64,000 bases of DNA, taken from assembly GCF_003044305.1 (NCBI RefSeq), contig NZ_PZOX01000005.1:195493-259492 (forward strand), read 5' to 3'. The translations under genes and the position numbers were made by a program. Below, piece by piece: positions 1 through 9,694 of this stretch. The stretch's first letter is position 1. Every line of letters starts with the position of its first letter. The notes under the pieces are model-generated. The model made no database searches and was not told the DNA's origin. It saw nothing but the letters and a program-made list of their open reading frames with translations. The stretch comes from Vitiosangium sp. GDMCC 1.1324 (GTDB lineage Bacteria; Myxococcota; Myxococcia; Myxococcales; Myxococcaceae).

Positions 1-333
1 CTTCGGCCCCGGATCGACCATGTGAATCCCATCTGGGCGGGAGGTGCTGTCCGCGAGCGCCGAACAACGTGCGCCACCGGATATACCCGGTCGCTCGTCC
101 ACTCCCCGGGGAGCCCACACCCGGTCCGCTGGCCACGCTTCAAATGCCAGCAGATGCCCTGCGGTCGGGAGCGGGCTGCCCAGTCTCGTTCCCCGGGGCA
201 GTGGGCTCCTGCTTCCGCCAACACCCATCGTGTCGCCTGATCGGCTCACGACCATTCGAGCAGAGCATCGACGTCGCGGGGGTCTCCGGGCCCGGTGCGG
301 ACCTCGGCAGCGGCCCGCTGCTCAAGGGGCCCT

Positions 334-1731
334 TCAATCGCACGCATCCCCGGGCCGGAAGGGCAGCGCCCACAGCTCCGGCCCGTGCGCGCCGTCATCC
401 GCCACGAAGAAGACGTCCCAGCCCGAACGCAGGAAGCTTCGAGGATTCGAGGACGCCGCTCCCGGCGCGAGGTCCGCGAGCGGCACCGTGCCCCCAGGCG
501 TGCCATCACTCACCCACGGCTCGCGGCCCTGGCCCGGCAGCTCGGCGCTGAAGAAGAGCGTCCCCTGGATGGCGCGCAACTCCTCCGGTAAGGCGCTGAG
601 GGGTCCGGGCAGGAGGTCCTTGAAGAGGCGCGTGCCCGAGGCGGTGCCATCGCTGCGCCACAGCTCGCGCCCATGCACACCGTCATCCGCCGTGAAGAAG
701 AGCCGGTCGTCTAGCACCTCCAGCCAGTCCGGCCACGAGCCCCCCGCTCCAGGCCGCAGGTCCTTCACCAGATGCGTGCCCTCGCGCGTTCCATCGCTGC
801 GCCACAGCTCCACGCCGGTGGGCGAGCGGTCCGCGCCCGCGCGAAAGTAGAGCTTCCCCTTGAAGCCGGTCAGCTCCTCCGGAGGGCTGCTTCCCGCCAT
901 CTCGTGGTCAAACCCCGTCAGCTCCACGGTCCCCGCGAGCGTCCCATCCGTGCGCCACAGCACGCCCACGGGCCCATCCGGGTCCAACCGGAAGTAGAGC
1001 AGGTCCCCCACCCGCGTCGGCAGCAGGTAGTGCCCGATGCTCTGGCCCCCGAGGGGGACTGCGCCGGGCGTGCCCTCGCTGCGATAGATGGACACGAAGT
1101 CCTCGAACGTAGCCCCGAAATAGAGCGCGCCGTCGCCGCCGATGGCCAGCGCGCGCGGGTACGAGCCGTTGGAGCCGGGATAGACGTCGTCCACGAGGAC
1201 GGTGCCCTCGGGCGTGCCGTCGCTGCGCCACAACTCGAAGCCGTGCTCGCCATCATTCGCGCTGAAATACAGCGCACCCCGGTAGTCGATGAGGGAAGGG
1301 TAGATGCCCAGCAGGTCCGGGTGGAGCCGCGTCAGCTGGCGCGTGCCCCGGGCCGTTCCGTCGCTCACCCACAATTGCTGTCCGTCCACGCCGTCATCCG
1401 CGATGAAGAAGACGCGGTCTCCCACCACCGTGAGCGCGTGGGGCTCGGAGCCGAGCGGACCCGGCCGCACGTCGGCCACCAGAAAGGTGCCCGCGCCGCC
1501 CGTCCCGCTGCTCTTCCACAGCTCGCGCCCGTGCGCCCCGTCGTCCGCGGTGAAGAAGAGAACGCCATTGCCGTGCACGAGCTCGCGTGGCTCCGAACCC
1601 GTTGCTCCAGGCGCAATGTCTTTCATGAGGACAGGAGGGCCGCAGGACTTCCAGTTCCGCGGCTCCCCCGACCAGGACTCCACGCCCAGCACGGCCAACG
1701 CCAATGACAGACACGCCCCGAGACTCATCAT
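334..1731 (-). CDS. ELWxxDGT-repeat lipoprotein. The likely start is the internal Met giving the MMSLGACLSLALAVLGV signal peptide.
   Basis: The ORF 334..1794 carries about 10 tandem ~45-aa repeats with the ELW(K/R)SDGT...GT signature (ELWKSSGTGGAGT, ELWRSDGTPEGT). An N-terminal hydrophobic signal with Cys is present. This family is abundant in Myxococcales. Confidence 0.6.
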   Translation of the reverse strand: MMSLGACLSLALAVLGVESWSGEPRNWKSCGPPVLMKDIAPGATGSEPRELVHGNGVLFFTADDGAHGRELWKSSGTGGAGTFLVADVRPGPLGSEPHALTVVGDRVFFIADDGVDGQQLWVSDGTARGTRQLTRLHPDLLGIYPSLIDYRGALYFSANDGEHGFELWRSDGTPEGTVLVDDVYPGSNGSYPRALAIGGDGALYFGATFEDFVSIYRSEGTPGAVPLGGQSIGHYLLPTRVGDLLYFRLDPDGPVGVLWRTDGTLAGTVELTGFDHEMAGSSPPEELTGFKGKLYFRAGADRSPTGVELWRSDGTREGTHLVKDLRPGAGGSWPDWLEVLDDRLFFTADDGVHGRELWRSDGTASGTRLFKDLLPGPLSALPEELRAIQGTLFFSAELPGQGREPWVSDGTPGGTVPLADLAPGAASSNPRSFLRSGWDVFFVADDGAHGPELWALPFRPGDACD

Positions 1732-1745
1732 CCACCCTCCTGTCA

Positions 1746-3239
1746 TCAATGGCTGGAGCGGCACTCGTCCTCGGGGCGGAACGGCACGGCCCACAGCTCG
1801 GTGCCGTGCACACCATCGTTCGCCGCGAAAAACACGTCCCAGCCCGAGCGGGTGAACCAGGCGGGGTCGAACGGCCTGAGGACGGAGGCCGGGCCGGGAG
1901 CGATGTCATCGAGCTGCACCGTGCCCGCCACCGTGCCGTCGCTCACCCAGACCTCCCGGCCGTGGCCCGTGGTCTCCGCGGTGAAGAAGAGCCAGTCCTC
2001 GGTGGCCAGCAAGTCCTGGGGCGAGGAGCTCCCCGTGCCCGGCTCAATGTCCTTGAAGAGCCGCGTGCCCTTGGCGGTGCCGTCACTCACCCACAGCTCG
2101 CGTCCGGCACCGGCGTCCTCGGCGGCGAAGAAGAGCCGCCCGCCCAGGACCTGCAAATACCGGGGAGACGAGCTCTCCGGCCCCGGCACGATGTCCTTCA
2201 CCATCCCCGTCCCCGCCCGAGTGCCGTTGGTCCGCCACAGCTCGGCGCCCCTTTCCAGCTCGCCGCCCGTCGGCAAGTCGCCCGCGCCGAAGTAGACCTT
2301 GCCACCCAGGCGGGTCAGGTCCCTGGGGCTCTCGGCCACACCGCTCAAACGGCCGAAGTCATAAAGGTCGTAGGTCGTTTCAGGAGTCCCCTCGGTCCGC
2401 GCCAGGACGGCCTCGGGCCCATCGTATTGCCGCACGTACACGAGCACGTCGCCCAACCAGGTGAAGCCGTAGAAGCTCCCATTCCCCACCGAGTCCAGCG
2501 CGACGGTGTCGCCGCCCGGCCCGAGCCGCCACAGGGTCACGATGTAATCGATGTTGGTAGAGTAGTAGATGGAGCCGTCTGGCCCCTCGGTCCCTGGCGT
2601 GACAGAGAAGGAATTATGAAGCCCGTAGTAATCCTTCACCACCACGGTGCCTTCCTCTGTGCCGTCGCTGCGCCACAGCGCAGCCCCACGGGCGGGGTCG
2701 TAGACCCCGAAGTAAACGAAGCCACCCACGGGGAGGAACGTGATGGAGTCCGGCGACGAGATCGCGCCCTCCGCGCCGGGAAGGATGTCCTTCACCATGT
2801 GGGTGCCCGCGGGGGTGTCGTCGCTCACCCACAGCTCGCGCCCGTGCATCCCATCGTCCGCGGAGAAGAAGAGGCGATCCCCCACCTCAATGAGGGAGTG
2901 GGGATCCGAGGACTCCCCCCCCGGACGGATGTCCTTCACCAGGAAGGTGCCCGCGCCTCCAGTGCCACTGCTCTTCCACAGCTCGCGCCCATGGGCCCCG
3001 TCATCCGCGTTGAAGAAGAGCACCCGGTCCCCATGTACCAGGTAGCGCGGCTCCGACCCCGCCGAGCCGGGATTGATGTCCTTCAGGAGGACGGGGGTGT
3101 GGCCGCAGGGCTTCCACTCCCGCGAGCTTCGCGCCCGGGACTCCACCGGAGTGTCCACCCGCGCCGGCACCTTCACGGAGGCCGGGCCCGCTCCGAGCAC
3201 GGTCAGCAACAACGACAGAGAGGACACGAGGCTCATCAT
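1746..3239 (-). CDS. ELWxxDGT-repeat lipoprotein, a paralogue of the downstream gene.
   Basis: The N-terminus is MMSLVSSLSLLLTVLGAG. Repeats of ELW(K/R/V)SDGT/ELWRTNGT run throughout. It sits in tandem with the 334..1731 gene on the same strand. Confidence 0.6.
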   Translation of the reverse strand: MMSLVSSLSLLLTVLGAGPASVKVPARVDTPVESRARSSREWKPCGHTPVLLKDINPGSAGSEPRYLVHGDRVLFFNADDGAHGRELWKSSGTGGAGTFLVKDIRPGGESSDPHSLIEVGDRLFFSADDGMHGRELWVSDDTPAGTHMVKDILPGAEGAISSPDSITFLPVGGFVYFGVYDPARGAALWRSDGTEEGTVVVKDYYGLHNSFSVTPGTEGPDGSIYYSTNIDYIVTLWRLGPGGDTVALDSVGNGSFYGFTWLGDVLVYVRQYDGPEAVLARTEGTPETTYDLYDFGRLSGVAESPRDLTRLGGKVYFGAGDLPTGGELERGAELWRTNGTRAGTGMVKDIVPGPESSSPRYLQVLGGRLFFAAEDAGAGRELWVSDGTAKGTRLFKDIEPGTGSSSPQDLLATEDWLFFTAETTGHGREVWVSDGTVAGTVQLDDIAPGPASVLRPFDPAWFTRSGWDVFFAANDGVHGTELWAVPFRPEDECRSSH

Positions 3240-3568
3240 CCACGCTCCTGAGCGGAATGGAGACAGACGCGCAATCTGTGAGCGCGGGCCCCGAGGCCCA
3301 GCCGTACGTGGGTGCGCCGCTCACGTCCAATGACTGACGTGGGCCCCCCACTGAGCACACGACACGGCGCTGTGCACCTCGTGCCTGGAGGGCGGGCGAG
3401 CGCGGCCTCCCCTTCATTCACGTCCGGAATGGTGGCCCCTGGAGAGTGATTGATGCGCAGGACCGGGTTCTGTGCCCCGACCTCCTCTCTCCATGTCGCG
3501 CGCCTCGCGCCCGGCTCGCGGGCGACGTGCGCGGTGAGAGGGCCCACCCTTCAACCCTGAGAGTCACC

Positions 3569-4981
3569 TTGAAGAGACTGCACAAGTCGTTGGGCCTCGT
3601 TGGCTTGTCCCTCTCCGTCCTCGCCGGTTGCGGTGCTCCGGAAGGCTCCGACGCGAGCCTCGGCTCCTCTCCCTCCGAGTTCCAGGCGCAGACGGCGGGC
3701 TCCGCCCTCACCACGGACTGCACCAGCCCCACCGTCGGCCCGCTCGCCATCAGCGGCGTGACGGCCAGCGACCATGACGGCAATGTCCCGCCCAATGTCC
3801 TGGACGGCAATCTCTCCACACGCTGGTCCTGCAACGGCGTGGGGTGCTGGTTGACGGCCGACCTCGGGGCAGAGAAGACGGTCAGCGGGGTGGAGCTCGC
3901 CTGGTACCTCGGGGACCTCCGCGCCAGCAAGTTCGAGGTGAGCGTGTCGCGCGACGGCTCCGGCTACACGCGCGTCGCCGCCGGCACGAGCAGCGGCAAG
4001 ACGCTCCAGCCCGAGCGCACCCCCTTCACCGCCGTGCCCGCCCGCTACGTGAAGCTCACCGTCAATGGCAACTCGCAGAACACCTGGGCGAGCCTCGCCG
4101 AGCTGCACGTGCTCGGCAGCAGCTGCACCCCATCGACGGGCGGCGGCACCCCCACCACCGACCCGGCGCCCATGCCGGGGCGCGACGTCTTCGGCAGCAG
4201 CGAAATCTACCCCACGGCCCCCAACGGCCGGACGTGGAGCGCGAAGTGGAACGCCAACCCGCGCAAGCTGAGCGCGGGCCAGGACGACCCGTATGACGCC
4301 GAGTTCCACATGCGCGGCTCCAACCACACGCTGGACATCCGGGGCGACGGCACCGCCAAGAGCGCGGGCAGCACCATCCGCTTCTACCTGAGCAGCCCGG
4401 GCAAGACGTGGTTCAACACCGAGTTGACGATCTACGCCAAGCGCGTCTCCGAGCAGAGCAACGCGGACAGCGCCACCGGCTTCGAGTTCCAGGCGCGCAC
4501 CGCCGACGGTCACACCGAGGACAGCAGCGCGAAGAACGCCGCGGGCCTGCCGCAGCAGTGCGATGGCCACTCCTACGGGTACTCGCTGCGCTACGACGGC
4601 CGAGCGCTCTTCGAGAAGGAGCTGCGGCACCCGACGTACACCTCGCAGGTGTCTCGCAATGTCTGGAATGGCGGCACGCTGCCACGCAACCAGTGGATTG
4701 GCATCAAGGTCATCACCTACAGCAAACCTGACGGCGGCGTGAAGCTGGAGCTGTGGCGCGACCTCACGGACGGCGCTGACGGCGGCAAGTGGGAGAAGGT
4801 GCACGAGTACACGGACGTGGGCGGCTGGAGCATCAGCCCGTCGGTGGCCGCCAGCTGCGCCATCCCCGCCGACTTCCGCATCACCACGCCGCAGCCCATC
4901 TTCATCATCCGCAACAGCAACATCGCGGAGCAGTGGTACAAGAAGGCCACCCTGCGCGAGATCGTCCCGCCGGCGCAGTAG
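3569..4981 (+). CDS. Secreted lipoprotein with an F5/8 type C (discoidin) carbohydrate-binding domain. The C-terminal ~300-aa domain is uncharacterised and may be jelly-roll / polysaccharide-lyase-like.
   Basis: A TTG start at 3569 follows a GAGAG-like ribosome-binding site. The lipobox is LSVLAGCGA. The discoidin signature is SGVTASDHDGNVPPNVLDGNLSTRWSCNGVGCWLTADLG...VSGVELAWY. The C-terminal domain is rich in W/Y/G beta-strand motifs. The upstream part of ORF 3446.. is probably non-coding. Confidence 0.5.
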   Translation: MKRLHKSLGLVGLSLSVLAGCGAPEGSDASLGSSPSEFQAQTAGSALTTDCTSPTVGPLAISGVTASDHDGNVPPNVLDGNLSTRWSCNGVGCWLTADLGAEKTVSGVELAWYLGDLRASKFEVSVSRDGSGYTRVAAGTSSGKTLQPERTPFTAVPARYVKLTVNGNSQNTWASLAELHVLGSSCTPSTGGGTPTTDPAPMPGRDVFGSSEIYPTAPNGRTWSAKWNANPRKLSAGQDDPYDAEFHMRGSNHTLDIRGDGTAKSAGSTIRFYLSSPGKTWFNTELTIYAKRVSEQSNADSATGFEFQARTADGHTEDSSAKNAAGLPQQCDGHSYGYSLRYDGRALFEKELRHPTYTSQVSRNVWNGGTLPRNQWIGIKVITYSKPDGGVKLELWRDLTDGADGGKWEKVHEYTDVGGWSISPSVAASCAIPADFRITTPQPIFIIRNSNIAEQWYKKATLREIVPPAQ

Positions 4982-5204
4982 CCGCGGGCCACCGGACGGC
5001 ACCGGCGCGCTGCTCATCCACGAGTACCCGCGCCTCGCCGGACCTCTCCCATGACTTGGAACTCACCATCACGCCCTGCGCACCGTCGGCCACGCGCTCG
5101 CGCGGTGCCCTTGCGTCCAGCTGGCATGGGGCGGACACGTCCCCATGCTCTGCCTCCAGGAGCCCGGGAGCAGTCCCGGCCCGGGCGAGCGAGAGTGGAC
5201 TGCG

Positions 5205-6578
5205 ATGGGTGGAAGAGCCTGGGCCTGGGCGTGGAGTGTGTTGTGCGTGGGCCTCATCGCCTGTGGAGCACCGGGCGGTGGGCCTGGGACGGACGAGGGG
5301 CGGGAGGCGCTCCATGCGCACGTGTCGCGCATCGAGGAGGAGCCGGGGGCGCCGCGCTGGTCCTGGTATGCCGGAGGGCCCGATGACGCCGAACTGAATC
5401 GTGTGGCGCATGACCGCGACGGCAGCATCGTCGCGCTGGGCAACTTCGAGGACTTCCTCACGCCGCGCCCGGGAGATACGGGGGGCCCCATCACCGGGAC
5501 GGGGCAGCGGAGCCTGCTCGTGGCGCGCTTCTCGCCCGAGGGCCGCCGCCTCTGGACGCGGGTCTTCAATGCCACGAGCACGGAGTCCGTCACCGGAGAG
5601 GTGTTCAGCTCCGCCCTCGCCCTGGACGGCGCTGGCAACATCTACATCGCGGGGTTCCACGAAGGCGTGCTCGACTTCGGCCACGGGCCCATCCCCTCGG
5701 GGGCATTCCTCGTCAAGCTCGACTGCACCGGCCGGCCTCTCTGGTCCACGGGCCTGCTGGGAAGCGGAGACCTTCAGTTCGAGAGACTGCTGGTGGACGA
5801 GGGGGAGCTCATCGCTGCCGGGACGGTGTCAGGCACGGTGGACCTGGGCGGAGGCCCGCTCACCGCGCCGGACCGCCGGGGCGTGCTCGCGAAGTTCACC
5901 ACGGGCGGCGCCTTGCGGTGGGCCCTGCTGGACCCCGAGGGCCGGGACTCCTACCTCGGGCTGGCCGTGGACACGGACGAGAACCTGTACGTCAGCGGTG
6001 CCGATGCCTTCCCCGCGCCCCCCTTCCTCCTGAAGGTGTCGCCCAAAGGGACGATCCTCTGGTCCCGCAGCCTCGTGGGTGCAACCGGTGAGCTTCGGGA
6101 CGTCGCGGTGTGTGGCGACCGCGTGGTGATTGCCGGCAGCATCCAGGGCAGCTTCATCTTCCGGGGCCAGACCATCCCCTCTCCCTTTGGAGGAGTCGTG
6201 GCCGCCTACACCCGCAAGGGCCAGGAGCGCTGGGCGAAAATCGTGGGCACCAACGCGCATTCCGTCGCCACGGATGGGCGCGGCGGGGTGGTGTTGGGCG
6301 GCAACTACCGGCCCGGCGATGACCTCGGCCGGGGACCCGAGGCCGGTGACCCGGCAGGCAACAACCTCTACGTCGCGAAGTTCGACTACGGCGACGGCGC
6401 GCTGCGCTGGGTTCGCACCTTCCTCTCGGACGGGGCGTTTGCAATCGACCTGGCGGTGCGCAAGGACGGCTCGAGCACCGCCGTGGGCGCCTTCATGTCG
6501 CACGTGGACCTGGGGGAGGGCCGCATTGACTACCCGTCCTCGTATGACCACCCTTTCATCCTGGAGTTGGCGCCGTAG
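5205..6578 (+). CDS. Secreted beta-propeller repeat (SBBP-like) lipoprotein.
   Basis: The internal Met gives the signal peptide MGGRAWAWAWSVLCVGLIACGAPGG. Repeated ~50-aa units such as GNIYIAGFHEGVLDFG, ENLYVSGADAFPAPPFLLKVSPKGTILWSRSL and NNLYVAKFDYGDGALRWVRTF are typical of beta-propeller repeats. Confidence 0.5.
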   Translation: MGGRAWAWAWSVLCVGLIACGAPGGGPGTDEGREALHAHVSRIEEEPGAPRWSWYAGGPDDAELNRVAHDRDGSIVALGNFEDFLTPRPGDTGGPITGTGQRSLLVARFSPEGRRLWTRVFNATSTESVTGEVFSSALALDGAGNIYIAGFHEGVLDFGHGPIPSGAFLVKLDCTGRPLWSTGLLGSGDLQFERLLVDEGELIAAGTVSGTVDLGGGPLTAPDRRGVLAKFTTGGALRWALLDPEGRDSYLGLAVDTDENLYVSGADAFPAPPFLLKVSPKGTILWSRSLVGATGELRDVAVCGDRVVIAGSIQGSFIFRGQTIPSPFGGVVAAYTRKGQERWAKIVGTNAHSVATDGRGGVVLGGNYRPGDDLGRGPEAGDPAGNNLYVAKFDYGDGALRWVRTFLSDGAFAIDLAVRKDGSSTAVGAFMSHVDLGEGRIDYPSSYDHPFILELAP

Positions 6579-6725
6579 CGCGTGGGCGCGCCGCGCCAGC
6601 ACCGTGGGACGAGCCCCTATCCGCAACCGGCTGGCGCACTGCCCCCCTGAGTCCACGCCTCGCGCACCACCAACTTCGGCACGCGTGTCCGCGAGGCAAG
6701 CCCACCGGGCGAGTGAGCGCGTCGA

Positions 6726-7208
6726 TCACACAAACTGCGGGAGAGCCAAACTGGGCAGGCACATGTGGATGGAGGGACGCCAGCGCTCCGTGTCGACGAG
6801 CCCCTCCAGCCGCTCACGCCACTCGTCGGGCACGGTGATGACGTTGCACCCGCCGTCCGTACCCGCGAGCGTCTTGCCTTCCGGCAGACGCGCCGCGTAG
6901 CTCACCAACGCGGTGCTGCATTCGGATGACATGACCCCCCACGTCTCGCGCACCCACAGCCGGTCCCCGGGTCGGCCATAGGGGCAGGACAGCCCCATCT
7001 TTTCGGCCACGCTCAGGTGGCCCACGGAACCGACCGGAACGTGTACCCCGCGCTCAGGAAGCCACGCCCACAGCGTCCCCCCGTCGTTGGGCTGGTTCGG
7101 CGCGGGCTGTGGTTTCAGCATCCGCCACGTCTGCGTCTTCCGGCCGTCAAGGATGGCGCGCACCATGTTCCCGCTGAACAGGATGGGCCGCTCGCGGAGC
7201 TCAGCCAC
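6726..7208 (-). CDS. ASCH/PUA-like domain protein, probably phage or integrative-element associated.
   Basis: The N-terminal motif PILFSGNMVRAILDGRKTQTWRM resembles the ASCH signature (ILaGrKTveiR). The gene is small and cytoplasmic. It lies next to a tRNA-like fragment and an AlpA-like gene. Confidence 0.35.
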   Translation of the reverse strand: MAELRERPILFSGNMVRAILDGRKTQTWRMLKPQPAPNQPNDGGTLWAWLPERGVHVPVGSVGHLSVAEKMGLSCPYGRPGDRLWVRETWGVMSSECSTALVSYAARLPEGKTLAGTDGGCNVITVPDEWRERLEGLVDTERWRPSIHMCLPSLALPQFV

Positions 7209-7527
7209 GGGATACCTCCGTGAGGCGAGCGAAGGCTCCGCGCAGGTCGGCGAGGGACTCGCACATCTCCTGCTGCCGCGCCTCCTCCTGCTCGAAGGTG
7301 ATGGGGGTGTCCGTCACGCGGAGGACGGCACGCGCGGCCAACTCCACCTGCCGGAGCCTCTCCATCTCGCGCGTTGTATCCACCAGCGCCTGGCGCGTCT
7401 GCGCGTGGGAGCGGGACTCCCGGTCCAGCACGTCCGCCAGTTCCTCAGCGAGCGCGCAGGGCTCAGCCGGGTGGACCTCGGTTACAACGAGCTTCCGCTC
7501 GGGCGCGGGGCAGTGGGGCGTGCTCAT
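7201..7527 (-). CDS. Hypothetical small coiled-coil protein.
   Basis: The ORF overlaps the upstream gene by 8 nt, suggesting translational coupling. GC3 bias is consistent with coding. I see no recognisable motif. Confidence 0.3.
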   Translation of the reverse strand: MSTPHCPAPERKLVVTEVHPAEPCALAEELADVLDRESRSHAQTRQALVDTTREMERLRQVELAARAVLRVTDTPITFEQEEARQQEMCESLADLRGAFARLTEVSRG

Positions 7528-7821
7528 GCCGCACCACCCTTCCGCCCGAGCGAGGAAAGAGCCCTGCGCAGAGCATCGACAAGGGCCTCCTCAAGCGTCG
7601 AGCCGGTCCCGCTGACAGAGACCTCACCGCCAGGGCCGTGAGCAGGGACGATTGAGCCCTCCAGTTCTGGCCCAGAGGCGAGGCCGAAGCCGACGATGGC
7701 GGGCGGCCCTTCGGCAGGTCGCGTATCGCCTGCATGCAACTGGCTGATGGAGGCTGGTTGGCTACCGGGCGTCCCGGCGAACTCCCCGGTGTTTTCCGAG
7801 GAGTTCTGCCGGGTTACCTCA

Positions 7822-7850
7822 GCGCGCGATACAGGATTCGAACCTGTGGC
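7822..7850 (-). other. tRNA 3'-end-like fragment (T-arm plus acceptor 3' strand). A possible att-site remnant of an integrated element.
   Basis: The plus strand reads GCGCGCGATACAGGATTCGAACCTGTGGCC. Its reverse complement is GGCCACAGGTTCGAATCCTGTATCGCGCGC. This gives a canonical T-stem/loop (ACAGG-TTCGAAT-CCTGT) followed by an acceptor strand. The upstream sequence cannot be folded into a D-arm/anticodon cloverleaf. Confidence 0.35.
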
Positions 7851-8037
7851 CTTTGGCTCCGGAGGCCAACCGGCAAATCTTCCAGTGGTTATCAGCCCTT
7901 CGCAAACGCTCGTAACTCCTAGGGATTCCGAGGCAGGACAGTTCCAACCGTCCCATCCGGTCACAGGGTCTACCAAGCCTTTTGCTGCATATTTGCTGCA
8001 AGGTGCGGCTGTGGCCTCTGGGACCGCGGGAGCACGC

Positions 8038-8211
8038 TTGCTCTCGGTGCGCGACGTGGCTGACCAGCTCGCCGTTTCCACGGCCACGGTGTACGCCCTC
8101 TGCAAGCGCAGGCAGCTCCGGCATGTACGGATATCGGGGGCCCTCCGGATTGATCCGGCCAGCGTGGAGGCGTTCATCGCCGCTGGAGGAGCGAGTTCCG
8201 GACACGGTTGA
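8038..8211 (+). CDS. Small AlpA/Xis-like helix-turn-helix DNA-binding protein (excisionase / phage transcriptional regulator family).
   Basis: The C-terminal 57 aa read LSVRDVADQLAVSTATVYALCKRRQLRHVRISGALRIDPASVEAFIAAG. This is a typical MerR-superfamily AlpA/excisionase HTH. A TTG start is assumed and the start is uncertain. Confidence 0.35.
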   Translation: MLSVRDVADQLAVSTATVYALCKRRQLRHVRISGALRIDPASVEAFIAAGGASSGHG

Positions 8212-8740
8212 AGGCCTCAGCCCAGCAGCCCCATCCACCTCAGGTGGGGCTACCCCACAGGGCATCGAGCGGCCAGCCCTCCGGGGCTTGGGCCATCCCA
8301 CCGCTGGCGGCTGGAAAAGCGGGGCACTGGGCCCGCTCTGCGCGCCCATGCGTACGTCGGCGGAGGGACCAAGCTACAGGCTGTGGCCCGGGAGCATCGA
8401 TATAGAGAACGCGAGCATACACGGGCAAGACGCTCCCTCCGGGAGCTGCCCCGGGCACAGCGGCTGTGCGGAGTATCAGCATGCTTGGCGCCGTGCAGAA
8501 ATCGTTCGGAGTGCCCACGCCTCGGAACGGCGCGGTTGCTCGCGGCACGGGTCCGAGCTTCAAAACCGGTGGGGGGCATGGAGACATGTCCCTGGGAGGT
8601 TCGATTCCTCTGTCCTACCGCCCCGTTTTTCCTATGAAGGCGGACACTCGATGCGGGCGAGCCGCTGGGCTTATGTGTTCGCACGCGTTCGGACGCATCC
8701 ACCCGGTTGTGTCCCATCTACGGTTCCTGGTGTTTGCGCC

Positions 8741-9685
8741 TCATCCCCACGTAGCGACAAAGGAACGGAGCTGCTCTACCGCATGAATGGATCGAGTGCT
8801 CACCGCCGTGTTCCGCCACGCGAACTGTCCTGCGGCATGGATGCCAACGACGAGACCCGTGCGCAGTTCAAAGAGCGGAGAGCCCGAGTTGCCAGATAGG
8901 GTCGTGCAGTCATGGAACAGTCGCGCGCTCTCCTCGCCCAGCAGTTCCCCGGGCGAGGCCCGCTTCACGCCATAGACGTTCTCAAAGAGCGCATCGATCC
9001 AGGGAGGATTGCCATCGCTGTAGATGGGGTAGCCCACCCCGAGCACTCGCCCACCTCGGGAGAGCCATGGCTCCCGAGCCAGCCGTAGCCCCTGCTCCAG
9101 CGGCCCATCGGACGCCATCTCAAGAAACGCCACGTCCTCCTGCGGGTGGCGGTCGAGGGCGCCTATAATCGGAATGACGCGCTCTTCTCGGTGCTCGTCC
9201 GCGTCAAACCGAGCGACGAAGTGTCCTTGAGCCAGAGCCTCGTCATCCTGCAACAGCCGCTCCGCCACATGCGCGCAGGTCATCAGCACACGCGGGGCGA
9301 CCTGAAAGGCGGTCGCCCAAGGGATGTTCCAGCGCCAGCCGACCGAGGCAATCCCCGGCAACGAGGCCTCGAGCACAGCCCGTGCCGCGTCGTCCAGACC
9401 TGGTGATGCCAAGAACGGCAGCCGTCCTTTCTCGATGCGAAGCGCCGGGCGCGCCCTGCGGATCCCCTCCTCCAGCGCTTCCAGTTCGGCCGGAAGGAGC
9501 CTGCCTCCCGCCCGGAGCTTCTCGACCGCTCTCTGGGCGAGCACCCCGTCCACACTCGACGCGACCGCGGCTTCGAACCCGACCAGCGCCCGAGGAGCAG
9601 AGAAGACCTCTTCGAGGGACCTGCCTCCGAGGGCACGCTCCAGCCGCTCCAGGAGCCAGCTCGTTTCGTCCATATGCATCGTCAT
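8741..9685 (-). CDS. Cytoplasmic trypsin-like serine peptidase (S1 family) with an N-terminal ~100-aa extension.
   Basis: The catalytic triad context reads TCAHV (His), DVAFLE (Asp) and TLSGNSGSPLF (Ser, the GDSGGP equivalent). There is no signal peptide. A 9-nt gap separates it from the upstream caspase-like gene on the same strand. Confidence 0.7.
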   Translation of the reverse strand: MTMHMDETSWLLERLERALGGRSLEEVFSAPRALVGFEAAVASSVDGVLAQRAVEKLRAGGRLLPAELEALEEGIRRARPALRIEKGRLPFLASPGLDDAARAVLEASLPGIASVGWRWNIPWATAFQVAPRVLMTCAHVAERLLQDDEALAQGHFVARFDADEHREERVIPIIGALDRHPQEDVAFLEMASDGPLEQGLRLAREPWLSRGGRVLGVGYPIYSDGNPPWIDALFENVYGVKRASPGELLGEESARLFHDCTTLSGNSGSPLFELRTGLVVGIHAAGQFAWRNTAVSTRSIHAVEQLRSFVATWG

Positions 9686-9694
9686 CGGACCTGC

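Noticed and set aside
3551-5017. Long antisense ORFs, for example 3551..5017 (-), 15640..17685 (-), 17880..18995 (-), 22740..23858 (-), 26794..27963 (-) and 31908..33476 (-).
   Set aside because: They lie opposite well-supported genes, have low-complexity Ala/Arg/Gly-rich translations, and are typical shadow ORFs of a ~70% GC genome.
7815-7900. Possible intact tRNA gene on the minus strand around the GGTTCGAATCC T-loop.
   Set aside because: Only the T-arm and the 3' acceptor strand are canonical. No complementary 5' acceptor strand, D-arm or 7-nt anticodon loop could be folded by hand, so it is called a fragment rather than a tRNA.
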